64,000 bases of DNA from Rhynchobatus australiae (GCA_034780895.1 JAUZTB010000074.1:14899260-14963259), one strand, 5' to 3'. Positions 1 through 12,028 are shown, counted from the stretch's first letter. Notes: generated by a model from the sequence alone, not told the origin. Program-made: numbers and translations.

Positions 1-65
1 ATATTATTATTTGGTGGTCTGTAGACAACTCCCACCAGTTTTTTTTTTCCTTTACTATTCCTAAG

Positions 66-355
66 GGCAGGCACAGTAGTGTAACGGTTAGTGTAAAGCT
101 ATTACAGTGCCAGAGACCCAAGTTCAATTCCGGCCACCATCTGTAAGGAGTTTGTATGTTTTCCCCATGTCTGTGTGGGTTTCCTCCACGTGATCCGGTT
201 TCCTCCCACATTCCAAAGACATATGGGTTAGGAAGTTGTGGGCGTGCTATGTTGGCAACGGAAGAGTGGCGACACTTGTGGGCTGCCCCCAGCACACACT
301 ATGCAAAAGATACATTTCACTGTGTGTTTTAATGTACATGTAACTAATAAAGATA
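66..355 (+). mobile_element. tRNA-derived V-SINE (HE1-like)
   Basis: tRNA-like head (ggcacagtagtgtaacggttag...gttcaattcc), then V-domain-like tgtaaggagtttgtatgttttcccc...gggtttcctcc...ccggtttcctcccacattccaaagac, ending aataaag. Confidence 0.8.
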
Positions 356-360
356 TGTTG

Positions 361-645
361 TCTTGCCTTGTCTATCTAAGAGTCTCTTAAATGTCCCTAA
401 TGTATCTGCCCCCACAACCTCTGCCGGCAGTGCGTTCCATGTACCCACCACTCTGTGTAAAAAAAACTTACCTCTGATACCTTCCTCCAATCACTTTAAA
501 ATTATGCCCCTTTGTGTTAGCCATTGTCACCCTGGGAAAAAGTCTCTATCCACTTGATCTATGCCTCTTATCATCTTGTACACCTCTATCAAGTCACCTC
601 TCATACTCCTCTCCAAAGAGAAAAGCTCTACCTCACTCAACCTTT
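361..645 (-). mobile_element. CR1 LINE 3' fragment
   Basis: Typical chondrichthyan CR1 antisense text (ggcagtgcgttcca..cacccaccactctgtgtaaaaaa...cttgtacacctctatcaagtcacctc). Confidence 0.75.
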
Positions 646-849
646 ACAATACAACCAGACTTCAAAGTGGAGAGGAACAGATTTACTTCCTTCTTCATGC
701 CCTAACCACTGGGTTGACAGAGCAGATCTAAATGTCAGACCTAAGATGCCTTTGCATCAAACTTCAGTTACAGTGCAAAGCCAAAATTGTTGTACACAAA
801 CTACAATAATAACTGGACCATGTGTAATGTGCCAGAGGTGAGAATGAAT

Positions 850-1140
850 AAACCATTTTAGGAGACTGGTCCACAAGGTTAGAGCCCACGGGTTCCAGAG
901 CAAGCTGGCAAATTGGATCCAAAACTGGCTTCATAATAGGAGGCAGAGGATGGTGGTGGAGAGTTGTTTTGTAACTGCAAGCCTGTGACCAGTGCTATGA
1001 CCCTTACTGTTTGTTGTATATATTGACAATTTTGATATAAATGTAGGAAGTACGATTATTAAGTTTGCAGATGACACAAAAATTGGTGGTGCTGTTGATA
1101 GTGAGATGGAGAGTCATAGGCTGACTTAGATCATAAAACA
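850..1140 (+). mobile_element. CR1 RT fragment
   Basis: Encodes decayed ...NWIQNWL..RRQR...ISKFADDTKIGG. Confidence 0.75.
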
Positions 1141-1149
1141 AACTGTTGC

Positions 1150-1420
1150 AGATTGAGCAGCATCTGTGCAGGCAAAGGGATAGTTGACATTTCAGTTCGA
1201 GACCATGCATCACAACTGGGAGTGTGGAGGGGAGATAGACAGTACAACGAGAGGGAAGGGTGAGCCAGTGGCCGGCAGGCAATAGCTGGAACCAGGTGAC
1301 AAGGGGGATGATGGGTAGATAGAGCTAGATTGGGGTGGGGGAAGGGGAGGTAGAGACAGAGGCTGAAAGGTGATGTGGAATGAGGGGTGGCTGGAATCGG
1401 GAATATCTGAATGGGTAGGA
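1150..1420 (-). mobile_element. Penelope-like 3' region / pLTR fragment
   Basis: gcagcatctgtg...gttgacatttc...cgagacc..gcatca followed by a purine-rich tract complementary to the Penelope pyrimidine-rich tail. Confidence 0.55.
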
Positions 1421-1999
1421 AAAGTAGGTACCCTCACAACATTTAATAAGTATCTAGATAAGCATTTGAATGATCAAGGTATAGGTAACTGTAGGTCAAA
1501 TGTGAGGAAATGGGATTAGTATGGACATGGTGGGTTTAAGGGCCTAATTCTGTGCTGTATGTTTCTATGCCAATTAGATTAAATAAGAGAGCAATGTGAA
1601 TTGGAGATCAGCTGAAATAGAAAGTTTTATACCAACAGAAACTCATTTTGAAGGCTGTACTAAAAGAAACAAACTGCAATGTCCAGAACTAGATTGAGCC
1701 TGAAATAGCCCAAAGATTATCATTCTAAGACTATCACACTCATGTTGAGATATTTAATCAAAGCAGGAATAGATTTAGCACAGGTTATTCACCGTTGATA
1801 CATATCTGTTAGCTGCTATGGAAAGTGCTGCTTTAAGATTACTGTGTTCATATTCCCATGATTGTACCTTGACACAGCTTGCAATAGAATGTCTGCTCCA
1901 GGACCCTGGTAGCGGGCACACAAACAACAAAGGCTGCCTAAAGAGGCCAAGTGGAACTACAGCCTTGATGCAGAGGACATTGGTTCACTGGTAAATTTG

Positions 2000-2340
2000 G
2001 AGATTTTTGCAAAGTCAGCATTTGTGGTCCCATCCAGGAAAGAGTACCAGGCAAACACAGGAACACAAGGATGTGCTTAAGGTCTCCTGAAAAAGAAATG
2101 TACATCCTTACCAACCTAAGACCACTCAAAATGGAAGAGCATCCAAGGAGTATTGAGAACCAAGTTCTTGTATTGGGATTTCACATGGAAGGCCTATGCA
2201 AGTGGCAGCACCTCACAAATTGTCCACTTGCTTCATCGGACACCTCTTGCCCCACCTGTCGGCTATTCTCACATGGGCTTCGTCCCTCAGAACTGAAGTG
2301 GAAGTCATTCTCCATTCAGAGGAACTGCCCAAGGAGATTG
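2000..2340 (+). mobile_element. RTE-clade LINE 3' fragment (very degenerate)
   Basis: Decayed KDVLKxSLKKC..., DxSKW.. and a C-terminal TSCPTC..SHxGL zinc-knuckle-like end. Confidence 0.5.
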
Positions 2341-2704
2341 TTACAAAATATTAATAGTATAAAAGCTGTTACATTCCTACATGTCAGTGCAAGATTGTCA
2401 CAAATAAATAAAAGCTGAAAATGCTGGCAATACTTAGCAGGCCTACAAATCTGCAGAATATTTCCAGCAATTTTTTTTTAAGTTCACACTTTCAACATCT
2501 TTTTGGTTTGCTTCTGGTTGTACTTATTGTACCTGAGTGAAAGTGATTCTCAGCTGTAGACCAGTTCAGAAGAATACACAATAATCTGCAAAAGTTATCA
2601 AGCATTAAAAGCAATACTCACCCTCTCCGTCATTCTTCAAATGTTTATCTACTCTCCTTAAAAAATAAAAGATATTGCCTGAATGTGGCCTTTGAAACTG
2701 TGCC

Positions 2705-3062
2705 CCATGCTGTACACAGGAACAATCCTCCCCGCCATCGAGGACATCTTCAAGAGGTGGTGCCTCAAGAAGGCAGCATCCATCATTAAGGACCCTCACC
2801 ACTGCAGGACATGCCCTCTTCTCGTTACTACCATCGGGGAGGAGGCGCAGGAGCCTGAAGACCCACACTCAATGTTTCAGGTACAGCTTCTTCCCCTCCA
2901 CCATCAGATTTCTGAATGGTCATGAACATCACCTCGTTCTTCCTCTTTTTCACTATTTAATTTTGTTACTTAAAGAGTAATTTTTATGTCTTTATGTCGT
3001 GCACTGTACTGCTGCTGCAAAACAACAAATTTCACAATATATAATAAACCTGATTCTGATAA
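2705..3062 (+). mobile_element. Rex1/Babar-like LINE 3' end
   Basis: LPAIEDIFKRWCLKKAASIIKDPHH...LPSGR..SFFP..IR.LN motif, with tail aataaacctgattctgat. Confidence 0.75.
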
Positions 3063-3311
3063 CATTTCCTGTACCCTCAGCTCTGATTGAGTGGGGGAGA
3101 AAGTCCAATTACACAAACAATGTTTAAATGCAAATGGAAAAAGGCAGGTAGTATGAAATTGACATGCATTTATTTAGCACCTTTGGAACATTCCAAAGGC
3201 AAAGTCCTTTGTAGGAAACAGTGACAGGACACTTCTCAATCACCTATTTCAATACAACAAATAAACATATAGTGTTAAATTCAGTTAAGAATATCATACA
3301 ATCCTTTCAGT

Positions 3312-3428
3312 TTTATTTTACAAGAGTTTGAATTTTCCTTCCTTCAACTTAAGAATGAATTTGAATATCTTTTATATATATACATATTTATTTTCATTAC
3401 ATATTGTATAGAGCAGCTCTATTTTATT
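3312..3428 (-). terminator. Candidate distal poly(A) signal cluster of ARPP19
   Basis: Three minus-strand AATAAA hexamers (3317-3312, 3392-3387, 3428-3423) plus TGTATATA (3384-3377) in an AU-rich, repeat-free, UTR-like block. Confidence 0.4.
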
Positions 3429-5449
3429 GCAGTGGTACCAACTCTCATCCTGGTGCAACACTGCTTTTCATTTCCTGTAAATTTAACAAACAACCCTGAA
3501 CCACCTCTGGTTTCGTAGACATCTGAATATGGATTTAGGCAAATTGTTTCCGGCTCACAAAAATATACTTTTCTACAGGCTACAGTGTGTGTGAACCAAA
3601 GTGTATGGCAGTGAACCTTGTGGAGGACAAAGCTTCTCTCCATCCACCTCACAATAGGAAATATGGCATTTTTAAAAAACACATCAAGTAATGACCTTGT
3701 GCTAATACCTGGGGCCTGAAGCTTGGTGGGTAGTTACTGGACTGGTATTCAGGGGCCTANNNNNNNNNNNNNNNNNNNNNNNNNNNNNNNNNNNNNNNNN
3801 NNNNNNNNNNNNNNNNNNNNNNNNNNNNNNNNNNNNNNNNNNNNNNNNNNNNNNNNNNNNNNNNNNNNNNNNNNNNNNNNNNNNNNNNNNNNNNNNNNNN
3901 NNNNNNNNNNNNNATTCCAGACTTGTGTGGTTCTGGGACAATAAATGCCAGCTTTCCTAATGACATCCACATCCTATAAAAACATTTCTTGCTTAAATTT
4001 AAACCAACACTGTTTAAGGTTTTTTGCCATGGTTGATGTTCAACTGACTGAAAAAAAAGCAAAATTGAAGATACTCAGCAGGTCAAGCAGCATTTGTGGA
4101 GAGAGAAAAACAGATCATTGACTGGAAGCATTAACTGCTTCTGATAGCTATGTATGCAGCTGTTTAGCTGCAGGTTTCCAGAAACTCCTAGGTGACCAAG
4201 ATCAAACTATTAATAAATTGCTTCAATTTTGTAAGTGTCTTTTATTTCTTTTAAAATAGATCACTTTTATGCTAACATAGTTAAAAAGACAGATAAGAAT
4301 CTGTAGACCAAGATCTTGCAAGTATAACTTGTTACACAAAAGAAACTAGCAGCACCTCGCTGAATGGAGGATTTCAGTTCAGATTTTTGTACAACACATT
4401 CAGTCTTGTGTTTTTCTGATTACTCAACATGGTTGCCTTTGATGCTGTACTAATTGCANNNNNNNNNNNNNNNNNNNNNNNNNNNNNNNNNNNNNNNNNN
4501 NNNNNNNNNNNNNNNNNNNNNNNNNNNNNNNNNNNNNNNNNNNNNNNNNNNNNNNNNNNNNNNNNNNNNNNNNNNNNNNNNNNNNNNNNNNNNNNNNNNN
4601 NNNNNNNNNNNNNNNNNNNNNNNNNNNNNNNNNAGGAACACAATTACTGTTAAAATCAACTTCTTTCTCTAATTACTAAGCATTTGGAATGCCTTGAATG
4701 AGAGCAAATAATACATGGGAATCTTTGCATGGAAATTGTCAAGTATTCATCCATGCAAGTGGTTGAAGATCAGGCACTCTAATGCCAGAGATGAAATTAA
4801 TCAGAAAAACTGGAGCAGTGAATCAAGTAGAACAACACTCAAAAGGATAATTATTGCAAGTTTAACACTTGGGAGAGTTATTGACGCAGATACTGAGTTC
4901 TGACCGTAGGCTATATTGAATTACAGTAAAGTAGGGACTTTTCTGTTCCTTATTGATATTCCAAAGCCAAGGCATACATTTTTATTTTATTAAAATGTTC
5001 AGTTCTCACTAATTTTAAATGCAGTTGAAAAATGTGAAATAAGAGGCCAAAATAAAACACCTGATTTACCTAGACCTAGATTATTTTCCCAATAAGCAAG
5101 GTACAAACATGGCAAATTCAACACAAGGCAATTAACCAGCCTCAATTAAAGCATCAATTCAGACACAAAGTAGCATGCAAATTAGTCCAAATGCTAATTT
5201 GAAGTGTTTGAAAGTGTGATTTCTTTCAAAGGGTATCCAGTTTCACTGTGACACCCAAGGGTAATAAATCCTACTCTTGAATTGATAAGGTTTGATTTTC
5301 TGATCATTCCCAGTTTTACAATTATAAAACACTGAAACCTAACTGCCCAGAAACTTCAATTGATTCCCCATGCTCAAGATTTATAGCAAACTAATTGCAC
5401 ACAACTCCCCAGTATTTAAATGCAGCAACAGCACATAGTGCAAAACTAT

Positions 5450-5459
5450 TTTATTTACA
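5450..5459 (-). terminator. Candidate proximal poly(A) signal of ARPP19 overlapping a Pumilio element
   Basis: Minus strand TGTAAATAAA: AATAAA at 5455-5450, TGTAAATA at 5459-5452, about 720 nt after the stop codon. Confidence 0.5.
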
Positions 5460-6176
5460 AAAAAATGGCACAAAGTGACTGCACAGTTTATGCTCATGCA
5501 CATTTCAATCACCTTGAATATATAACTGCCCTAACCTACCAATCTTTAGGGAATACCATTCAGAACTACAAGAGGCACAAGTTATAGATTGAAACACATC
5601 CAGGAGGGGTACAGCAGTGTGGACAAATATTGTCCAATTAACAAATACTTAAATAGGTTTAACATTTCTGAAGATTCATTGAAAATTGGGCCACATCTCG
5701 TTTTTTTTTTAAAAAACACGTTCTATGCAATTTTCTTTTAACATCCACAAGGACCATTACTTGCAACATCAAGGTTAGTAATAAACAGGAATATGGAAAG
5801 GAAAAACAAATCAGACTTACCCAATTCAATCTAGATTTTACAGCAGCACTAATGATTTTGAAACAGTAAATGTAAAATATTTAATGTCAATACTTCTCAG
5901 AACTGCTTCTACATGAAGTTACATTTGTGCCTCAGTACTGTAGTCCATTACTTCCTACTTATAACATTAATGTCCTTGCCCTCAGTGCATGGTTTTTAGT
6001 TTATGAAATCTCATTGTTCTGTGTTTACTGATCTTTCTTGCAGCAACAACAAAGTGCTGTAGTTATCTGCCAAGCTGTCAGACATGTTGATGTAATGGTA
6101 CAAGAAAAAAGCTAAAACACAGGAATTAATAGCAAGAAAGAGGAATGACAAGTTTTATGCATTCTTCATGACGTTA

Positions 6177-6347
6177 TCAGACAGCCAGTTTGCTGGCAAC
6201 AAGTGAAGGTTTTCTCTGAGGCAGATCTTGCGGAGTGGGAATGTGTTCTCCTGTCACTTGGTTCTTGTCTGCTCCACTGTTAGGCAGCTGCTTGTTCTTG
6301 ATTTTGGCTTTAGCCATGTTGTAATCTCCTGAATCGAAATACTTTGG
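6177..6347 (-). CDS. ARPP19: ARPP19 coding exon 3 (last)
   Basis: Acceptor ttttatgttgcag|CCA AAG TAT; encodes [15 protein letters not shown]...[12 protein letters not shown]; TGA at 6179-6177 followed by TAA. Confidence 0.97.
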   Translation of the reverse strand, partial: PKYFDSGDYNMAKAKIKNKQLPNSGADKNQVTGEHIPTPQDLPQRKPSLVASKLAV

Positions 6348-9300
6348 CTGCAACATAAAAAGAGTTCACACTAAATAATAATTCATTTCAAAACTTGCTT
6401 ACGGTTTGGCTTCTGATATTTTTAATCTGCAATTATCCCACTCAATTTTGGTATAAATCTCAAATATATAGGTTAACAAAGAAAACACGGACAGACAAGA
6501 GGTTAAATGACACAGTTCTGAAGAATATGAAGGATATTCAGGAACAGAGGGACCTGGGTTAAAAAGCCTTGAAAGGATCAGGATATGTTGAGAATTAGTT
6601 GAGTAAAGCATTTGGAATCCTGTACTCCATAGGTAGAGGCAAAAGCAGGGAGGTTATGTTGATTTTTATAAAAGTACTGATTAGGCCACAAATGGGGTAC
6701 TGTATCATGATTTAGGAAGGAGGTGAAGGTTACAGAAAAGATGAACAAGATGTTTACTTGAGTGGTTCCATGAACAAGGGATTTCAGCTTCAAGAAAAAA
6801 AAATCACAATTTTTCATGATTTTTGGGATTCAGAGATAAAAAAAAATCAAGATGTTGGGATTCAGAAATAAAAGCAGAAAATGCTATAAACACACAGGTC
6901 ACGCAGCATCTGTGAAAAGAGAAGCAGTTAACATTTCATATCTGGGAGTTAGTTTAACTAACTTGTTTTCTCTCATTCCCAGTTCTGATGAAGGGTCCAG
7001 ACCTGAAACCATTAACTGATTCTCTTTCCTCAAATGCAGCCTGGCCTGCTGAGCTTTCCAGCATTCTCTGTTTTTACTTCAGTTACATCTGGGGATTTTC
7101 TCCTTGGAGCGAAGGTTGAAAGGAGACTTGATAGAAATGACAAGATTCAGTACACGGAGACATTGCTCCAATTAGATAACAGTTCAAGGACTAGATAGGT
7201 AAAAGAAAGTGAGAGAGGTGTTGGGGGTTAGGAAGGGAGGGAGAGTGATGATCCAGAACTTACTGACTGCCATGGTGATGAAAAAAAGTCAAGTAAGGAT
7301 TTTTCAAAGGGAACTGGATTGACAACTGAGGGAAAATAATTTCCAGGGCCACAGCAAAGGAGCAAAATGGAAGCAAAGGACTCATTTGGGCTAAATGACC
7401 ACCTTCAGTGTTGCGAGAATGGCTGAAGAGTTGACCAAAGACATCAAAATGCAGCAGCTAAATGCAAATGAAGACAAATCAATCCATTTATGTCATCACT
7501 CACATTTATGTAGAGGAGTAATTACTTTTTTTCTTTAAGTGTAGTCATTTAAGCACAGAGAAAATAACATAACTGACGAAGTTGTATTATCAACAATGTA
7601 ACTGCTTGTATGTGGAGATTAGCATTATAACATGCAACTATAAAGGAAGTGACCTAAATTGAGCCTCCCTGGATTAAGCTGAGGGATAACAAAATATCAG
7701 TTACAGTATTACAGACCAAATAATGTAAAGGAAACAGATTTCTTCTTCTGATTCAGGACATTAGTGCTATTAAAAGTAATTTTAATTATCCAAACACATA
7801 GGGGCAGTGAAAGTTTTTAGTTGTGGAATGAAAAATGTTGTACGTTAATGTTCAGCATTATTTTTGTTCATTATATTGCTCCTGCAAAGAAAGCATTATT
7901 AGTTCTAGTTTTGGACCATGAATAATAGAAATTGAGAACTCTTTAAGATCAGATATATAAAAGGAAAGAAACTAGTCAAGGCAAAAGGGAGATGATTGGT
8001 GAAAAGGTGCAAGAAGGATTTGCACAGGTTAAATGTGGAGGGAGAATCCAACAGATGACTGTACTGGAGATGGAAGGGTAAAAATTTAGTATATCCAGCA
8101 AGAAGGAGCCTTGGTAGGATGGGGCCCCATCAGGGAAAACTGTAGCAAAATTCACACGTTAANNNNNNNNNNNNNNNNNNNNNNNNNNNNNNNNNNNNNN
8201 NNNNNNNNNNNNNNNNNNNNNNNNNNNNNNNNNNNNNNNNNNNNNNNNNNNNNNNNNNNNNNCAAGTTAAAAATCATTGTTTAGAGAGCACATGAAATTT
8301 ACAGCACAGGGGACCTTTCAGTGACTAAAACAAATACTAAAATTAAGTTGTCAAAAAGACAAAGTATTTCAATTATAAAACACCATTTGGATAGGTTTGG
8401 AGATAGCAAAGGATAATCGGGATATAAGGCAGATAATTTTTGATGATGTGAACAATAACAAAAATATTTCAGCACAATTCAGAAGCTGGTTATTGAAATG
8501 AGACAACTAAAAATGGATGTTGAGCAATTAATAGTATTTAATGCTAAACAAAATTAAAATAGTGATGTGTAAAATAACGTTTTAAAACCCATTATATATG
8601 CAAGGTTCCCAAAGGAAACCAGACAAGCATGGGACAATTTTAACAATTTATTTGGCAAGAAAAATTGTGCCAGAGAAGTTGTGGTTGGGAAACAAACACT
8701 TCTTTGCATTTGTCTTTGAAGCCAGGTATTAAGATGCCATATAGGTCAGGATTAATGGAACACATCTTCAGTTGAGATGTGAGTTGTACCACTAGATTTA
8801 GGACTCATAAATAGGAAATTTTGGTGCACATGCTTACAGTATTAACTATGCAATTTTGAATCAGGAGACAAAACATAACATTTAAAAACAACCAAATTAT
8901 TGGATATTTTGTTTTTGCATTGTGCTCAAGTATTATTAAAGTGGTGGCACAGAAAACAACACCTACTAATTTAATGCTATTGTCACAGAGAGGTAGTAAG
9001 ATCTGGAGGAAAACTTCATAGCGCAGGATTTTGGCATATAAAGGCATAACTAACAAAAAAAATAATTAAATTTGGGGTTTCACATGAGGCTAGAGTTTGA
9101 AGAGCACAGGTTCCTTCCATTTATGGACCTGGAGGAAATAGAAAGTGTGAAAATATATGGAATTTGAAAAACAAAGATGAAGATTTTGAAAATCTAGGTG
9201 CTGCTTAATCAAGAATCTATATAGATCAATAAACAAAGTGATATGCAAAACAGTTGTTTGGAGTGAGCGCACTGTAAGTAAACTTCAAATAAACTTCAAA

Positions 9301-11904
9301 CAGCAGAACAAGGGAGGGAACCAATCAGTGCATTCAAAGAGTCAAGTCTGAAAATAACAAAAGGCATAACAACAGGGTTAAAAATATTTCTGAAAAGCAA
9401 AGAACCAAAGAATTTATAAAAGGATAAAAAAAACTTCAGGGTTATGTTATTATACTGGTCCAAGGGAAAAAAAAGTAATTTTATGGAACAGGACTTAGAG
9501 CTCCTAGTGCAACCTCTAGTGTCCTTCCTTTCAAAAGGAATGTTGAAAGGTGCAAGTTCTTCCCAAACAGATTTGGATTCCCACTTTTAGGTCCTTTGCC
9601 TGATAGCTGGTCAACAACTATTTGACTTTAAAAAAATATTGATACTCAATGTAGGTGGAAAAGGCTGCCAACAGGTATAGATACAAAAATATGAGTACAT
9701 AACACTAGATCAAGAAAAATCTGAAAGAAGCCACAATATTCATCTGATATGGAAAATTTCTTCCTATAAATACTTGCATCTTTCTGTAGTCGCTTCCTCA
9801 AAAATTCTGATCCACCAGGTTTCTGTCCTAGCTTTGGATACTTTAACTTCAGCTTGGCTTCCTCAGCTTTTTCAGGACTGATTACCGTGTCCTCCATTTC
9901 CTGGAAAACAAATGGAATAGGAAACTAAGTTGAACAATTTATAAACCAAGCACATGATCGTAGCACATCATCCCATCACCTTTTCAACCCAAATTGTGTC
10001 TTCTTGCCACCCATATGTTACAGCTTTAGGGACTGGAGAACTTTTTTTTGGTAACCTTCATCAAATTGATCTCTTCCTCCACATTAGTTGAAGACCATCT
10101 TGCTTTGGTCACTGCACATAGTACCTGTATACAAACATACAGCTAATCTTGCTCAGTATGCCTAACCTTTCTTTTTCTGTTTCAATATTTTTATTAATTT
10201 CAAATAAGAAATACAAAATGCATGGAAGAAGAAAAAATTACAAAATAGAATATATTAAATCACACTAGCAATCATAATGCTTCATATTGATAAACACAAA
10301 AAAATCAATTGATGTTGATAAATTGGAATAATTTCATTATTTAAAAAAATCTAACCCCACTACCAAAACCAAAGCTGTTTAACAACATCATAAAGACATA
10401 GTAGTATTGGCCACTATCTGTGCAATGAGCACCCAATCAGTAATTTTGAAAGTAGTTCAGAAAAAGGTCCCCAGTATGCCTAACCTAAAATGGCAGCTTT
10501 GGCAATGTTGGAGCTCTGTTGCTGAAGATTAAAGTATAATTTTTAAATTATCAAAGCTTGCAGAGTATTCAGACTTGGCAGGAATTGACATATTGACACA
10601 GTAAGCCAGTGTGAAAATTCTTCATCTGGTAGTAAGAAGAAAAGCACGTTTGTGATGTTCCACAGATCAAGAGATCATGGCAGACTTAACATAATTGGGA
10701 ATGAAAGGTTCAAATTTAATTGAAATTGCAAAATTAAGTCAAACAAAAATAAAGCCATCTTGAAAAGATATTCAAATGATTTGGCAAGCTATCCTTGAAA
10801 TATGCCTGATCAAATTTTAGTTCAATTTAAGATGAACCTGGTTACAAAAAAGAAATTGCCATAAAGTAGGAAGAGGTGTACAATTGATGCTGGGACCACT
10901 TCATGCTTATGAACATTTGGGATTCAAATCTGAAGTACAGGATAAAATTTGTATGGGGAAGGGCAGGTTGTATAATCAGTGGAAGATAGCACCTAGATAC
11001 AAGATACGAATATATTTGGAGAATTGGCATGTAAGAAGAATTACAAGTAAAACATTTGGGCTTGAATAATCTACTCTAGAAAACATCCTTTATATTTCTG
11101 TCACTATGGGGCAAAATCAATTGGCACTTGGAATATGTGGGATAACAATTGTAAACCAGCATACAGTTGTTAAAGGCACATTCTGTTCAACTGACATTCA
11201 TTGTTGAAGATACAGAAAGTTGTTCGTGAAAGTACACCATGAATATAGATTTTCAAAAGGTATCCAATGAAGCATAGCATGGATATATTTACAAAAATAG
11301 GACACTACGGGGTTTATATGGGCAACTACTAATAAACTAGATGGACACAAGTTATATTTACTCTTGCCAAAATATACAAGTCATGCAATTTGTGAAGGAA
11401 CAGAACCACTGGCGTGTTCAGAGGGTGCCAGAACCTGTGCAGACATCAAAAAAATAATTTTGTTCCCATTTATGCCAAATGCTTCANNNNNNNNNNNNNN
11501 NNNNNNNNNNNNNNNNNNNNNNNNNNNNNNNNNNNNNNNNNNNNNNNNNNNNNNNNNNNNNNNNNNNNNNNNNNNNNNNNNNNNNNNNNNNNNNNNNNNN
11601 NNNNNNNNNNNNNNNNNNNNNNNNNNNNNNNNNNNNNNNNNNNNNNNNNNNNNNNNNNNNNNNNNNNNNNNNNNNNNNNNNNNNNNNNNNNNNNNNNNNN
11701 NNNNNNNNNNNNNNNNNNNNNNNNNNNNNNNNNNNNNNNNNNNNNNNNNNNNNNNNNNNNNNNNNNNNNNNNNNNNNNNNNNNNNNNNNNNNNNNNNNNN
11801 NNNNNNNNNNNNNNNNNNNNNNNNNNNNNNNNNNNNNTCCCTACCTGCCGCTCTTCGGCCGACGACCCTTCCAACCTTTTCACCGCCTCGTATTTCACCG
11901 ACAT
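6177..11904 (-). CDS. ARPP19: cAMP-regulated phosphoprotein 19 (endosulfine family PP2A-B55 inhibitor), spliced CDS join(11845..11904, 9778..9900, 6177..6347), 117 aa
   Basis: Exons of 60+123+171 nt join in phase 0 to give [83 protein letters not shown]...[25 protein letters not shown]. Contains the endosulfine FDSGDY and RKPS motifs. Adjacent to ATOSA as in human. Confidence 0.96.
6500..7420 (+). mobile_element. Old CR1 3' fragment, interrupted by the fold-back element
   Basis: gaacagagggacctggg...gggaggttatgttga...tataaaagtactgattaggccaca...ttctccttggagc.aaggttgaaaggagacttgataga. Confidence 0.6.
6865..7080. mobile_element. Short fold-back element made of two inverted Penelope pLTR-like arms, with a hammerhead-like core
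   Basis: gaaataaaagcagaaaatgct (6865-6885) is the reverse complement, with 3 mismatches, of agcattctctgtttttacttc (7060-7080); CTGATGA-AGGGTCCAGACCT-GAAAC at 6985-7009. Confidence 0.7.
9778..9900 (-). CDS. ARPP19: ARPP19 coding exon 2
   Basis: Acceptor tgttttccag|GAA ATG GAG; encodes [41 protein letters not shown]; 123 nt; donor is GCAAGT. Confidence 0.95.
11845..11904 (-). CDS. ARPP19: ARPP19 coding exon 1 ([20 protein letters not shown])
   Basis: ATG at 11904-11902 inside the CpG island; ends CAG|GTAGGG; C-terminal SAEERQ resembles human SAEEQK; phase 0. Confidence 0.88.
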
Positions 11905-11976
11905 CGTCACCGGATTCAAACAGAGAGCGATTAACCAGCCCTCCGCCGCCGGTATCCCTCCGCACTGCGGCCCTCC

Positions 11977-11988
11977 TGCGCATGCGCA
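11977..11988. promoter_or_regulatory. NRF1 binding site
   Basis: Perfect palindrome TGCGCATGCGCA, the NRF1 consensus. Confidence 0.75.
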
Positions 11989-12020
11989 ACCTCGCCCCCA
12001 CAACGCCACCGCCCCATTCA

Positions 12021-12028
12021 TTACGTCA
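12021..12028 (-). promoter_or_regulatory. CRE/ATF-like site
   Basis: TGACGTAA on minus (ttacgtca on plus), one mismatch to TGACGTCA. Confidence 0.55.

Noticed and set aside
66-140. tRNA-like sequence
   Set aside because: It is the tRNA-derived head of a V-SINE; no complete cloverleaf.
9646-9777. ORF continuation [14 protein letters not shown]... treated as the true ARPP19 C-terminus
   Set aside because: It lacks FDSGDY; the real C-terminus is exon 6177-6347, reached via the GC donor.
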